Source: Octopus sinensis
Lineage: Eukaryota
Assembly: GCF_006345805.1 (NCBI RefSeq)
Contig: NW_021834010.1
Coordinates: 1 to 55,917 of the forward strand
DNA length: 55,917 nucleotides
Direction of reading: 5' to 3'
Position numbers and translations under genes: made by a program. Under the pieces are notes generated by a model, which was not told the origin of the DNA, searched no databases, and worked only from the letters and a program-made list of their open reading frames with translations. Shown here one piece after another: positions 12,405 through 22,808 of the stretch. The stretch's first letter is position 1. Each line of letters starts with the position of its first letter.

Positions 12405-12957
12405 GGGCTGCCTGCGTAGTTATGTTGCTAAGTATCTCTCATTGCAACCACGTAGTTTTTGGTTCATTTCCACGGCGCACAACTTGGAGAAGAGTCTTTT
12501 ACTATAACCCCAGGTTTTCTAATGCCATGTGTGAGAGCTTATTCGGCAAATAGAAACTGTGAGGAAATCCATTGAATATCTCTCTTTCTCTCTCTTCCTA
12601 TATATATTTATCTATGTATGTATTTCTGTGCTTTTTACTGCCCACACACCGGAGCACATTTCTTTACGTCCCCATGAATTAACGGTTTGGCAAAAGATAC
12701 CGATAGAATAATATTGAATTAATAAAAATAGTAAAAATGCAACATAAGTCATGGAGTCGATTTGTCTGACTAAAAAACCTTCAAGGCGGTGCTCCGGCAT
12801 GGCCGCCGTTCATTGACTGAAACAAGTAAACGATGCAAAATAAAAAGGTTCAATCCCACTGCGTGGCACATTGGGCAAGTGTCTCCTACTATAGCCTCGG
12901 GCCGACCACAGCCTTGTGAATGGATTTGGTAGACGGAAACTGAAAAGAAGCCCGTCG

Positions 12958-13004
<47 letters not shown>

Positions 13005-13335
13005 TTGTGTATCTGTGTTTGTCTCCCTACCATCGCTTGACAATCAATGCTGGTGTATTTACGACCCCGTTACCTAGCGGTTCGGCAAAAGACACCTATA
13101 GAAAAAGTACTAGGCTTACAAAGAATAAGTCCTTGGGTTCGATTTGTTCGATTAACGGTGGTGCTTCAGCATGGCCACAGTCAATGACTGAAACAAATAA
13201 AAGAGTAAAAGAATATACGACGGACTTCTTTCAGTTTCCGTCTACCAAATCCATTCACAAGGCTTTGGTCGGCCTGAGCCTTTAGTATAAGACACTCGCC
13301 CAAGTTGCCACGCAGTGGGAATAAACCCGGGTTCA
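12405..13335. mobile_element. Cluster of three family A copies: 12405-12845 (+, old), 12848-13215 (+, 5'-truncated), 13217-13335 (-, 5' half)
   Basis: Match to the family A sequence at 1671-2081. Confidence 0.85.
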
Positions 13336-13459
13336 AATACAATCTAATTTAGCTTATGAGTTAAAATTAGTAGATGCAAAGGAATTGGGAACAGACAGTT
13401 TTAGTGAAAACTTCTTCAGAATGACATATGAATTGCTTTGCATTTCTTTGTTATTATTT

Positions 13460-13750
13460 TTTCTTTTTTAGGAACCTCATGATTGTCTCTCCTTCGCTCA
13501 CGACTGATTTAGTGTACCTGTTTGTTATTAGTACTTTCTTAATCGTGGATAATATTTCCAGAATCTGCTAGTCCGAACCTCTGTGGAAAACATTCTATCA
13601 ATCAATGTGTTTTGCTCAGAAAACTCTGTATTCCTTACGAGCCATTTTATAAGCAATAGTTTTTTTCCTTTCTTTTTTTTAACCAATATCTGATTTTTCC
13701 AGCACAAGTGACTATTTCTCTTCCAGGATTTCCTTCGGGAAATCATTTAT
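13460..13750 (-). pseudogene. Possible decayed Penelope-like reverse-transcriptase C-terminal region
   Basis: Frameshifted translation ...NTLIDRMF... / QILEILSTIKKVLITNRYTKSVV...TIMRFLKK resembles the PLE pattern TLIxRA...ELxxIKxVLxxNGYP; recognised from memory only. Confidence 0.35.
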
Positions 13751-13774
13751 AGTTTTGCAATATTTATCTTAAAC

Positions 13775-13839
<65 letters not shown>

Positions 13840-14491
13840 TGCGGTTTGTCTATGTGGATTTTTGGTGTTTTATACAATTTTCAACCATAGAATTTCAGAG
13901 ATTTTTCTCCATGATTCACCGTATGATTTCAGAATGGGTCTCACTCAATAAAACGTGAGAGAAATGGGTATGTATTTTATAGCTATCAGTTAGATATTTT
14001 AGCTGTCGTTTAATATTTTATGTCTTTTCGGAAAATTCGAATTTGAATTTTCAAATATTTCGACCTCAAACTGTTTTGAAGACAATATTATATTCGGTAA
14101 GCCTTATAAATGACATCGCCTCTAAACACACCAACAATTGTTGTTGCTTTTATTTATTTCTCTTCTCTTCTTTTTTCAAAACTGTCAACATTTTATTTTC
14201 AGGAATATCTGTCTTTAACTCTCTGAACGAGCATACACTTTTTTTCCTTTTAATGCCTGGTATTCAGTTGTCAGAATACGAACTGGTGACGTTTTTGTTT
14301 ATTTACAGTTTCTCCGGGGGGGGGGGTCCTTTTTTTTGCTTCATCAGAGCATGTATGTATCTTGTTTCAGTTGGACGTTTTTATCCTTATTTTTTTTATT
14401 ACTACTGTTTCGTTTCCATTACTCATTACAAAAAAAAAATAAAACATTTTGAAGGGACAGATATTTAAAGGATATTAACAACTGTCAACAG

Positions 14492-14894
14492 GGATCTTTT
14501 CGGTTTGAACGGCAGTTTTTAACATAATTTCTAGGTAAATAAAAAATTTTAAACTTCGTATACTGGTAGAATGTGTTTATAAAACATCTTTTTCTCTTGG
14601 CTTTATTGAGAAAATTCTATAGTTTATAAGATATTTGTTGTTTTTTTTCTTCAATTTCTGCAATTTCAACCAATCAATGAGGTCTATTGAGTTAAAAAGC
14701 ATTCTGTGCCGTATGAATATGTCCCTCGTTTAAAAAACAGATTGGGTTTATTTACATTTGTGAAGAAAAAAAGATACCCTTCCCCTAACCCTAAACAAGA
14801 TTGAAACGCAATAGATCGATACTAGGGTTATAATTATGGGTGACAATTTCATATGACACCGTAGAAAAAACTGCCGTTCAAACTGAAAAGATCC
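14492..14894. mobile_element. 403-bp MITE, Merlin-like
   Basis: ~29-bp TIRs GGATCTTTTC(G/A)GTTTGAACGGCAGTTTTT and a perfect 8-bp TSD GTCAACAG (14484-14491, 14895-14902). 5'-GG TIR plus 8-bp TSD fits Merlin; hAT or P not excluded. Confidence 0.88.
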
Positions 14895-15152
14895 GTCAAC
14901 AGTTTCGAAAAAGAAAGGTAAGTAAAATATAGACAAGAAGCAAATTTTTAAGTGACTCAATTATGACTCCACCTAGATACGACAAAATCTAATTCAATAT
15001 AGACTGTATTATGTAATTCACCTAACAGTTGTCCTAGTATCATGTTCGTTGTCTATAATATGATACTGTTTGGTCATCGTATTTCTGATCACAAAATGTT
15101 ATTATCCTGCTGTTTTCTTCTTCTCCTTCTTCTTCTTCTTCTTCTTCTTCTT

Positions 15153-15218
<66 letters not shown>

Positions 15219-15220
<2 letters not shown>

Positions 15221-15570
15221 TTTTTTTTTCTTCTTTCAAATTTGCTTCCATTTCTTGCCGAGTGTCTTCCCGACTCCTAGGGCAAAGAAACTCATAGTAT
15301 ACATTGGTAGGCCATTAAACTAAACTCAATAGTTTGTTCATTTTTTTTTTTTTAAGTTAAATTAAAATACATGGGTAGTAATAATTCTCACATCGACAAT
15401 GCTCTTCTCAATACGTGTGATGTACCAGTTAAGACAATCTTTTGCACTTCTTGCAGGGATGGTAAGCCAGGGATCATTCTCATGTAATTTTCGGTTCCCT
15501 TCTTGATCATTCCTAGTGCTCCTACGATCACTAGTATTGTAACCGCCTTGAGATGCCACATTTTCTCAAT
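15219..15570 (-). mobile_element. 5'-truncated R4/Dong-like LINE (restriction-like endonuclease C-terminus and 3' UTR)
   Basis: 15567-15388 translates EKMWHLKAVTILVIVGALGMIKKGTENYMRMIPGLPSLQEVQKIVLTGTSHVLRRALSM*, matching the R4/Dong C-terminal pattern (MW.LK...PV.VGALG.I.K...QK..L.GT..ILR); (TAA)n on both flanks. Confidence 0.75.
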
Positions 15571-15621
15571 TTCATTATTATTATTATTATTATCATTATT
15601 ACTATTATTATTATTATTAAA

Positions 15622-15654
<33 letters not shown>

Positions 15655-16130
15655 TTTCTTCCAATCAGGCTCACGCCATTAGCCACGAAGAATAATCCCT
15701 AATTCGAGCCTACTCTAAGCAACTAAGGATGCGTACTGCAACTTGAAGATCCACACACCACACGCGATAGACTGGCGGTTGCACGGGCGCGAAAGCTACA
15801 TTGTTATCCTCATTCAGTAAACACTGGCTTTTAACGGGTGGAGAGCTGAACCATCCTGGGGTACAGAGGATTCGCAATCTAGACTAAAGTTTACCACACC
15901 ATAGTGGATTACACCATGGTTCCTCTGCTTTGTGACAGAAGTAGAAAGACAGAGTGAGAGAAAGTTGTGGTGAAAGAGTACAGCGGGGTTCACCACCCAG
16001 CCCCGCTGGAGCCTCGTGGAGCTTAGGTGTTTTTGCTCAATAAACACTCACAATGCCCGGTCTGGGAATCGAAACCGCGTTCTTACGACCACGAGTCCGC
16101 TGCCCTAACGACTGGGCCATTGCGCCCCCC
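15655..16130 (-). mobile_element. SINE with family C head and a different body (variant C3)
   Basis: Head ggcgcaatggcccagtcgttagggcagcggactcg... matches family C for ~170 bp, then diverges. 3' boundary uncertain. Confidence 0.75.
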
Positions 16131-16145
16131 CCCCTGCTGTTGTTT

Positions 16146-16348
16146 AAGGCGGCGAGCAACCAGAATCGTTAACACAACGGAAAAAATACCTAGTAGCATT
16201 TCGTTTGTCTTTATGTTCTGAGTTCAAATTCCACCGAGGTCGACTTTGCCTTTCATCCTTTTGGGGATCGATAAATTAAGTACCAGTGAATCTAGTCCTC
16301 TTCCCCAAAATTTCAGGCCTTCTGCCTTTAGTAAAAGGGATTATTATT
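16146..16348 (+). mobile_element. SINE family B (B2 tail)
   Basis: Head, body and ccccaaaatttcaggcc tail. Confidence 0.8.
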
Positions 16349-17380
16349 GTACTGTTGGCATCGCACTGCTTTCAGTTTTTGAACCACCTAATTCTTTGCA
16401 AAGCTGTATAGAATATGGAGACGAAAGATGGTTTTGCCACAAAAATGTTACTTTTCCTAACGCTAGATTCGTTGCGATTCAGTAACAACCTTTGATTATC
16501 TTTGATTATCATTGATTTTCACTATATTTTCCATTTTCTAATGCTGGGATATTTTTTGGTAATGTTTGTTCTTTGTATTCCTTTTTGTTAGTGAACTTCT
16601 ATTGTCAACTTTCTCAAAAATTTCGAAATTCCGTGTGTGTGTGTGTATGTGTTTGTGTTTGTTTCCTTTTTTGTATTGTGGAGGTAGTTTTCATTTCTTT
16701 CGTTGAAATGTTGTTGTTTGCGAAGTATCAAGAAGGCACCAATTTCCTTTTATGATTGGTATGGCTGCCGTATGGGTTAATTGATTTTTCCTGGCCATAT
16801 TCATGTTTACATCTGTTTTTTTTCTGTATATCTAAGTCGACCCACTCTCACTTTATCTTTCCCTCTCTCTCCTCCCGTTCTCTATTTCTTTAGCTCTCTC
16901 TTATCTTTAAACATCATCTTTAGAAAGTCATTTCCGTTAGTTTGCAGGGAACCTTTCTATCGAATAGAATTCCTCAAGTATTTTTTCCGCTATATTATTG
17001 TCATTTTCGACATTTCCATCAAGACACATCCCTCAGAAATTCTAGACTGCAAATTTTCGTACTGGTTCTAATCTGGTCTACATCTTGTAGATCAATATTT
17101 TGCACATATTATTGTTGCTGTTGTTACTGTTCTTATTCAATTTTCGCTGAGCTCGACTTTTCTCTGCTTTCGTTCGTGGGTCGATAATACAGAATTATAG
17201 TCAAGTGATGGAGTGAATGGAACAGAGTTCCAGTTAAGCCCGGAGGTCGATATAATTAACATGACGATCTACCAAAATGTGCCGATCATATGCAGAAAAT
17301 TTGAAACAAATGAGGAGCGTTCCACCAGCTACTCACCAAACCGAATATACTTTAGTCAAATGACATATACATTGTCATCA

Positions 17381-17764
17381 GTGGAGGCGCAATGGCCCAG
17401 TGGTTAGGGCAGCGGACTCGCGGTCATAGGATCGCGGTTTCGATTCCCAGACCGGGCGTTGTCAGTGTTTATTGAGCGAAAACACCTAAAGCTCCACGAG
17501 GCTCCGGCAGGGGATGGTAGTGATCCCTGCTGTCCTCTTTCACAACTTTCTCTCACTCTTACTTCCTGTTTCTGTTGTACCTGTATTTCAAAGGGCCGGC
17601 CTTGTCACTCTCTGTGTCACGCTAAATATCCCCGAGAACTACGTTAAGGGTACACGTGTCTGTGGAGTGCTCAGCCACTTACACGTAAATTTCAGGAGCA
17701 GGCTGTTCTGTTGATTCGGATCAACCGGAACTCTCATCGTCGTAACCGACGGAGTGCTTCCACC
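17381..17764 (+). mobile_element. SINE family C, full length
   Basis: tRNA-like head with A-box TGGCCCAGTGG and B-box-like GGTTTCGATTCCC; TSD acattgtca(t/a)ca at 17369-17380 and 17765-17776; near-identical to 41529, 46647 and 51644 copies. Confidence 0.93.
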
Positions 17765-18244
17765 ACATTGTCAACAAGGGAGCTCAAGTTAAGTCGCAGG
17801 AGATTTAATCAAGTCCAAGCTTGATTCACGCGTTCGCCACCACAACTTCTTAGCAGCCCTTCCTGTTTGTTTTCATTGTCTTGTTTTTGACCCTCCGCAA
17901 AATCCCAAATTTTATTTTAATTTGCTTTGCGGGGGAGCAACTGTTTTATCGAAAGCGTATCTTGTTGTTAAATGCTCAAAATACGAGCGTAGAAAAGCAG
18001 CCAACAACTGATGAAGGGTCGTTGTTTATGTTGTTTGTCTTCTTTTCCATTTGTGTCTTCCATTGTTCGAAAAAATAGTTCATATTCCATGTACTCGTAC
18101 TTTATATTCTTTATTGTACGCGTTTCGTGACGGCCTATGCCCACATATACATACATAGATACGTATAGATGTAAGTATGTACATATACGTATGTATATAC
18201 GCATATATATTATTTATATTATATATGTATATATATATACATAT

Positions 18245-18297
<53 letters not shown>

Positions 18298-18711
18298 CGA
18301 CAGGAATGAGTGCTCAACACCACATTGGTGAATAAAGTTTCTTGGTTTGTATATTAAGGCTACCATTAAAGAAATGGTGTTCGTCTCCATTTTGGATGAA
18401 AACACGAAATAGAGAACACCATTCTTCCATGTGATTGGCTAGATATTATATTTTTCTTACCATGAAACCAATGGTAACATTAATACATTAATATATATAC
18501 ATATATATCAAGAGTCAAGACTATTGAAAAGGTTGCAAGACGCAACGAAAATTTTAGGAAAATAAAAAGACGAAATAAGTGAAAATGTTACCGGTGAGTG
18601 TGTTAAATAATAAGGTACTAAAAGAGAATGACTCTCCCCAGACACAACAGAATATGCTTCAACACACGAATTCATATAAAGAATCTTGCAAACCAAATCC
18701 CAAAACGAAAC

Positions 18712-18756
<45 letters not shown>

Positions 18757-18758
<2 letters not shown>

Positions 18759-18915
18759 TACAGGCTTCTTTCAGTTTCCGTCTGCCAATTCCTCTCACAA
18801 GGCTTTGCTCTGCCCGGAGCTATAATATAGGATATCTGTGGCAGGTGCCATGCAATGCGATCGAACCAGGATCTATGTAATGTGGAATTAAACTTCTTAC
18901 CGCACAGCCACAGCA
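18757..18915 (-). mobile_element. SINE family A 5' half, decayed
   Basis: ggcttctttcagtttccgtct...cacaaggc...cacagccac. Confidence 0.75.
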
Positions 18916-19374
18916 TATAAATTTAAATACAACCTCCTCTAAACACATTAACCTAAAGTCTGATAACCTAAATTACAAACAAGCAGAACCAAGACCAGCG
19001 CAATACATTTAACCATAGACCACCATTATGATTATATAAAAGTTAAGATTGCAATAAACGTTATAGCATAAGATGACATTTTCTATAAATCACAGATGCG
19101 TTTGCAGCAATGTAGACACGTTTCTTTCTGTGTGTATGTGTTTGAGTGTCTCTGCGTGTATGTACGAATGCTTACATAAAAGTAATATTCTGATGGACAA
19201 TATTCCAAATGATTTGTATGAAAGAATGTCATAGAACTTTATATATGTTGTTTGATATATAATGCCAGTGGTTTATAGCCAGCGTTAAGAGATTCTTTCC
19301 GACTGAATCGTTGTTTAAAGTTCACTCACAGAGAGCAGTGCTTGTAGAGCAATCGCATAATTTGATAGCCTCAT

Positions 19375-20690
19375 ATAGGTGTGGCTGTGTGGTAAGAATG
19401 TTGCTTCTGCGGTGAGCTGGCAGAAGCGTTAGCGCGCCAGGCGAAATGCTTAGCGGTATTTCGTCTGCGTTACGTTGTGAGTTCAAATTCCGCCGAGGTC
19501 GACTTTGCCTTTCATCCTTTCGGGGTCGATAAAATAAGTACCAGTTACGCACTGGGGTCGATATAATCGACTTAATACCTATGTCTGTCCTTGTTTGTCC
19601 CCTCTGTGTTTAGCCCCTTGTGGGTAATAAAGAAATAGGTATTTCGTCCGCCGTTACGTTCTGAGTTCAAATTCCGCCGAGGTCGACTTCACCTTTCATC
19701 CTTTCGGGGTCGATTAAATAAGTACCAGTTACGTACTGGGGTCGATATAATCGACTTAATCTGTTTGTCTGTCCTTGTTTGTCCCATCTGTGTTTAGCCC
19801 CATGTGGGTAGTAAAGGAATAGGTATTTCGTCTGCAGTTACGTTCTGAGTTCAAATTCCGCCGACGTCGACTTTGCTTTTCATCCTTTCGGGGTCGATTA
19901 AATAAGTACCAGTTACGCACTGGGGTCGTTATAATCGACTTAATCCGTTTGTTTGTACTCTTTGTGTTTAGCCCCTTGTGTGTAGTAAAGAAATAGGTAT
20001 TTCGTCTGCCGTTACGTTCTGAGTTCAAATTCCGCCGAGGTCGACTTTGCCTTTCATCCTTTCGGGGTCGATAAATTAAGTACCAGTTACGCACTGGGGT
20101 CGATATAATCGACTTAATCCGTTTGTCTGTCCTTGTTTGTCCCATCTGTGTTTAGCCCCATGTGGGTAGTAAAGGAATAGGTATTTCGTCTGCCGTTACG
20201 TTCTGAGTTCAAATTCCGCCGAGGTCGACTTTGCCTTTGATCCTTTCGGGATCGATAAATTAAGTACCAGTTGCAATCGATTTCATCCCTTTGTCTGTCC
20301 TTGTTTGACCCCTCTATGTTTAGCCCCTTGTGAGCCATAGAGAAATAAGAAGGTTGCTTCTGAACCACATAGTTCCTGGTTCATTCCCATTGCGTGGCAC
20401 CCGTGGTAAATGTCCTATACCATGAGTTCGGTATAGTAGGTGAAAAGTGAAAGAAGCTTCTAGCATATACCTGTGTGCGTGAGTGTATGTGTGTATGTGC
20501 GTGGGTATTCGTGTGTTTGTCCTCCACTGCTGCTTGACAGAAGGCTATTTTTTTAAGTCCTAGCAACGTAGCGTTTCGGCAAAAGATTTCGTCACAATAA
20601 AGTACCAGACATAAAAATAAGCACCGGGATCCATTTGTTCGCCAAGCCCGTCAAGGCGATGCTGCAGCATGGCCACAGATAGATTAAAAT
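19375..20690 (+). mobile_element. Old family A copy interrupted by the family B multimer
   Basis: Head gtggctgtgtggtaagaatgttgcttct (19381-19408) resumes at 20346; 3' half at 20510-20690. Confidence 0.8.
19409..20345 (+). mobile_element. SINE family B (B1 tail) multimer: one 5' head plus five 166-184-bp units
   Basis: Units start ggtatttcgtc at 19455, 19638, 19822, 19996 and 20180; 16-bp TSD taagaa(t/g)gttgcttct at 19393-19408 and 20346-20361. Confidence 0.93.
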
Positions 20691-20737
20691 ATATTGTATG
20701 TACGTACACGCATATATGTTTGTATGTATATATCCTT

Positions 20738-21170
20738 GTTGGCATCCTTTTTGTCTCGGTAGACAGTGGAGTTGCGCATAAACTAATCCAATCTAGTTTT
20801 ACATTTCATGTCCTCTCCAGTTTCCTCTCCAGTTTTGCGCAGGCCTAGGCTAGATGTAAGAAAATCTTGGGTTGCCCAATCCTCGAGATTCCTCTCTCGA
20901 CCTTGCTGACGTAGTCCAAAGGAGTGCAGAGCATTACGTTTGGCACCAGCTTGGTTGCAGGAGCTGCCGGAAGAGTGTCGAGTCGAACACTAAACCTCCT
21001 ATCGAGGCTCTACTTCGGATTTCTTTGAAGATTGTCTCCTTTCCGTAACCCTGGATAGGGGCCCATACCGGGTATTGTCAGCCGAAGCAGGCTGACAATA
21101 CGGACTTGTGTCAGGCAGGGTCGTCACTCTCCTCTGAAGTAGTGAAGAAAATCGCTACCTACTACCTAAC
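20738..21170 (-). mobile_element. Non-autonomous element with an RTE 3' end (probable 5'UTR/3'-end deletion derivative)
   Basis: 20738-20814 aligns to the 3' terminus of the RTE at 33659-33736; no ORF; perfect 12-bp hairpin at 21072-21101. Confidence 0.75.
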
Positions 21171-21291
21171 TACATATATATTATATATATATATTATATA
21201 TAGATATATATATATATATAGATATATATATATTGTATGGTATGTATGTATGTATATATAATATATATATATATATATAGATTATACATAC

Positions 21292-21336
<45 letters not shown>

Positions 21337-21380
21337 CATACATACATAAGTATATATATATATATAATATATATATATAC

Positions 21381-21425
<45 letters not shown>

Positions 21426-21633
21426 ACATACATACATCTATATAGATATATAATATAATATACATCATACATACATATATATATAGATATAGTACATACA
21501 TACATATATATATATATACATACATACACATATATATTATAATATATACATACATACATACAATATATATATATACATACATACATACAACATACATTTA
21601 TATATATACCATCATACATACATATATATATAT

Positions 21634-21666
<33 letters not shown>

Positions 21667-21700
21667 ATATATATATATATATCTATATATATATAATATA
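21170..21700. repeat. (TA)n/(CATA)n compound microsatellite
   Basis: Directly visible; similar tracts at 10310-10660, 23400-23950, 25620-26110, 26540-27230, 30330-30610 and 44620-45070. Confidence 0.95.
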
Positions 21701-21854
21701 TATGCTGACTAACCATTCAGTTTAATATAAATTATGTTTATAATTACTTGTCATAAAATCAAACATAAATGGATGATTGTGTATATCCATGTGTATGTGT
21801 GCGTGGGCGGGGTGATGCGCGCGCACATTTATTTGCTCTTTCGTTTATTCTTTC

Positions 21855-22025
21855 ATTCTTTTATTTGTTTAAGTCATTAGACCGCGGCCAAGCTGGGGCA
21901 CCGCCTTCAAGAATTTTAGACGAAGCAATAGACCCCAGTACTCTTTTGAGTTAGCCAATAATGTTATCGATCTCTTTTGCTGATATAATATTTACGGAGA
22001 CGTAAACACACAGGCGGCGGTCACA
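21855..22025 (-). mobile_element. Old family A 3' half
   Basis: Reverse complement gives ggcggtgccccagcttggccgcggtctaatgacttaaac. Confidence 0.7.
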
Positions 22026-22069
22026 AAGGACACACATATAATATGCACATGTATACCTCATGTGTTTAA

Positions 22070-22243
22070 CGTCCGTTTTCCACCTGGCATGGGTTGGACG
22101 GTTTGACTGAGGTCTGGAAACGCAGCGGCTTCACCGGGCTCCAATCTGATCTGGGGCAATGTTTCTACAGCTGGATGGCCTTCCTAACGTCAACTCATAA
22201 TATGGGTTTCCCGGATGTTATAGCTATTTATTCCACGCACTCA

Positions 22244-22275
<32 letters not shown>

Positions 22276-22445
22276 ACCATACAGATATACATATGCATAT
22301 ATACTCCGAAAGTATAGTGGATGCTCTTTACGTATCACGGCACAGGAGCCAGTCAGGCGGGCGTGGCATTGATTACATTGGGATTGTGCTTTTCACGTGT
22401 CACCAGCACGGAGGCCAGTCAAGGGGTACTGGCATCGGCCAGAAT
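22070..22445 (-). mobile_element. SINE-like family E, interrupted by a ~110-bp insertion
   Basis: tttaacgtccgttttcca...gcatgggttggacgg...ctggatggccttcctaacg, followed by two internal repeats gccagtca.g..gg..tggcat. Single copy here; recognised as an octopus-type repeat from memory. Confidence 0.6.
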
Positions 22446-22457
22446 ATATATATATAC

Positions 22458-22498
<41 letters not shown>

Positions 22499-22607
22499 AA
22501 ATCCACTCACAACATTTTGGTCAACGACAAAAATTTTATTTAGTGAAAATGCAGAGAAAAATAAGGAAACGTGAGATTAACAGACATAGAGACAGGCTGT
22601 TCATAAA

Positions 22608-22808
22608 GATAAACTGTGTGGTACGTATCTCGCTTACAAACCACATGGGTCAGGTTCAGTCCCACTGCGTGGCACTTTGGGCAAGTGTCTTCTATTATAG
22701 CCCCGGGCCGACCAAAGCCTTGTGAGTGGATTTGGTAAACGGAAACTGAAAGAATCCCATCATATATATATGCATGTGTGTTTGTGTCAGTGCTTGTCCC
22801 CCCAGCCC
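22608..22808 (+). mobile_element. SINE family A 5' half
   Basis: Match to the family A head through the internal microsatellite. Confidence 0.85.

Noticed and set aside
17381-17460. tRNA-like sequence (possible tRNA-Arg gene)
   Set aside because: It is the head of a multi-copy SINE with body, tail and TSD; no complete cloverleaf. The same holds for the other SINE heads.
17945-18020. Permuted hammerhead (GAAA...ATC-TTGTTG / CAACAA-CTGATGA)
   Set aside because: Stem I pairs but stems II and III do not; similar partial matches at 18520-18555, 25248-25285 and 29165-29205 were also too degenerate.
19455-20345. CRISPR-like regular repeat
   Set aside because: Eukaryotic context, ~180-bp units with no unique spacers, no cas genes.
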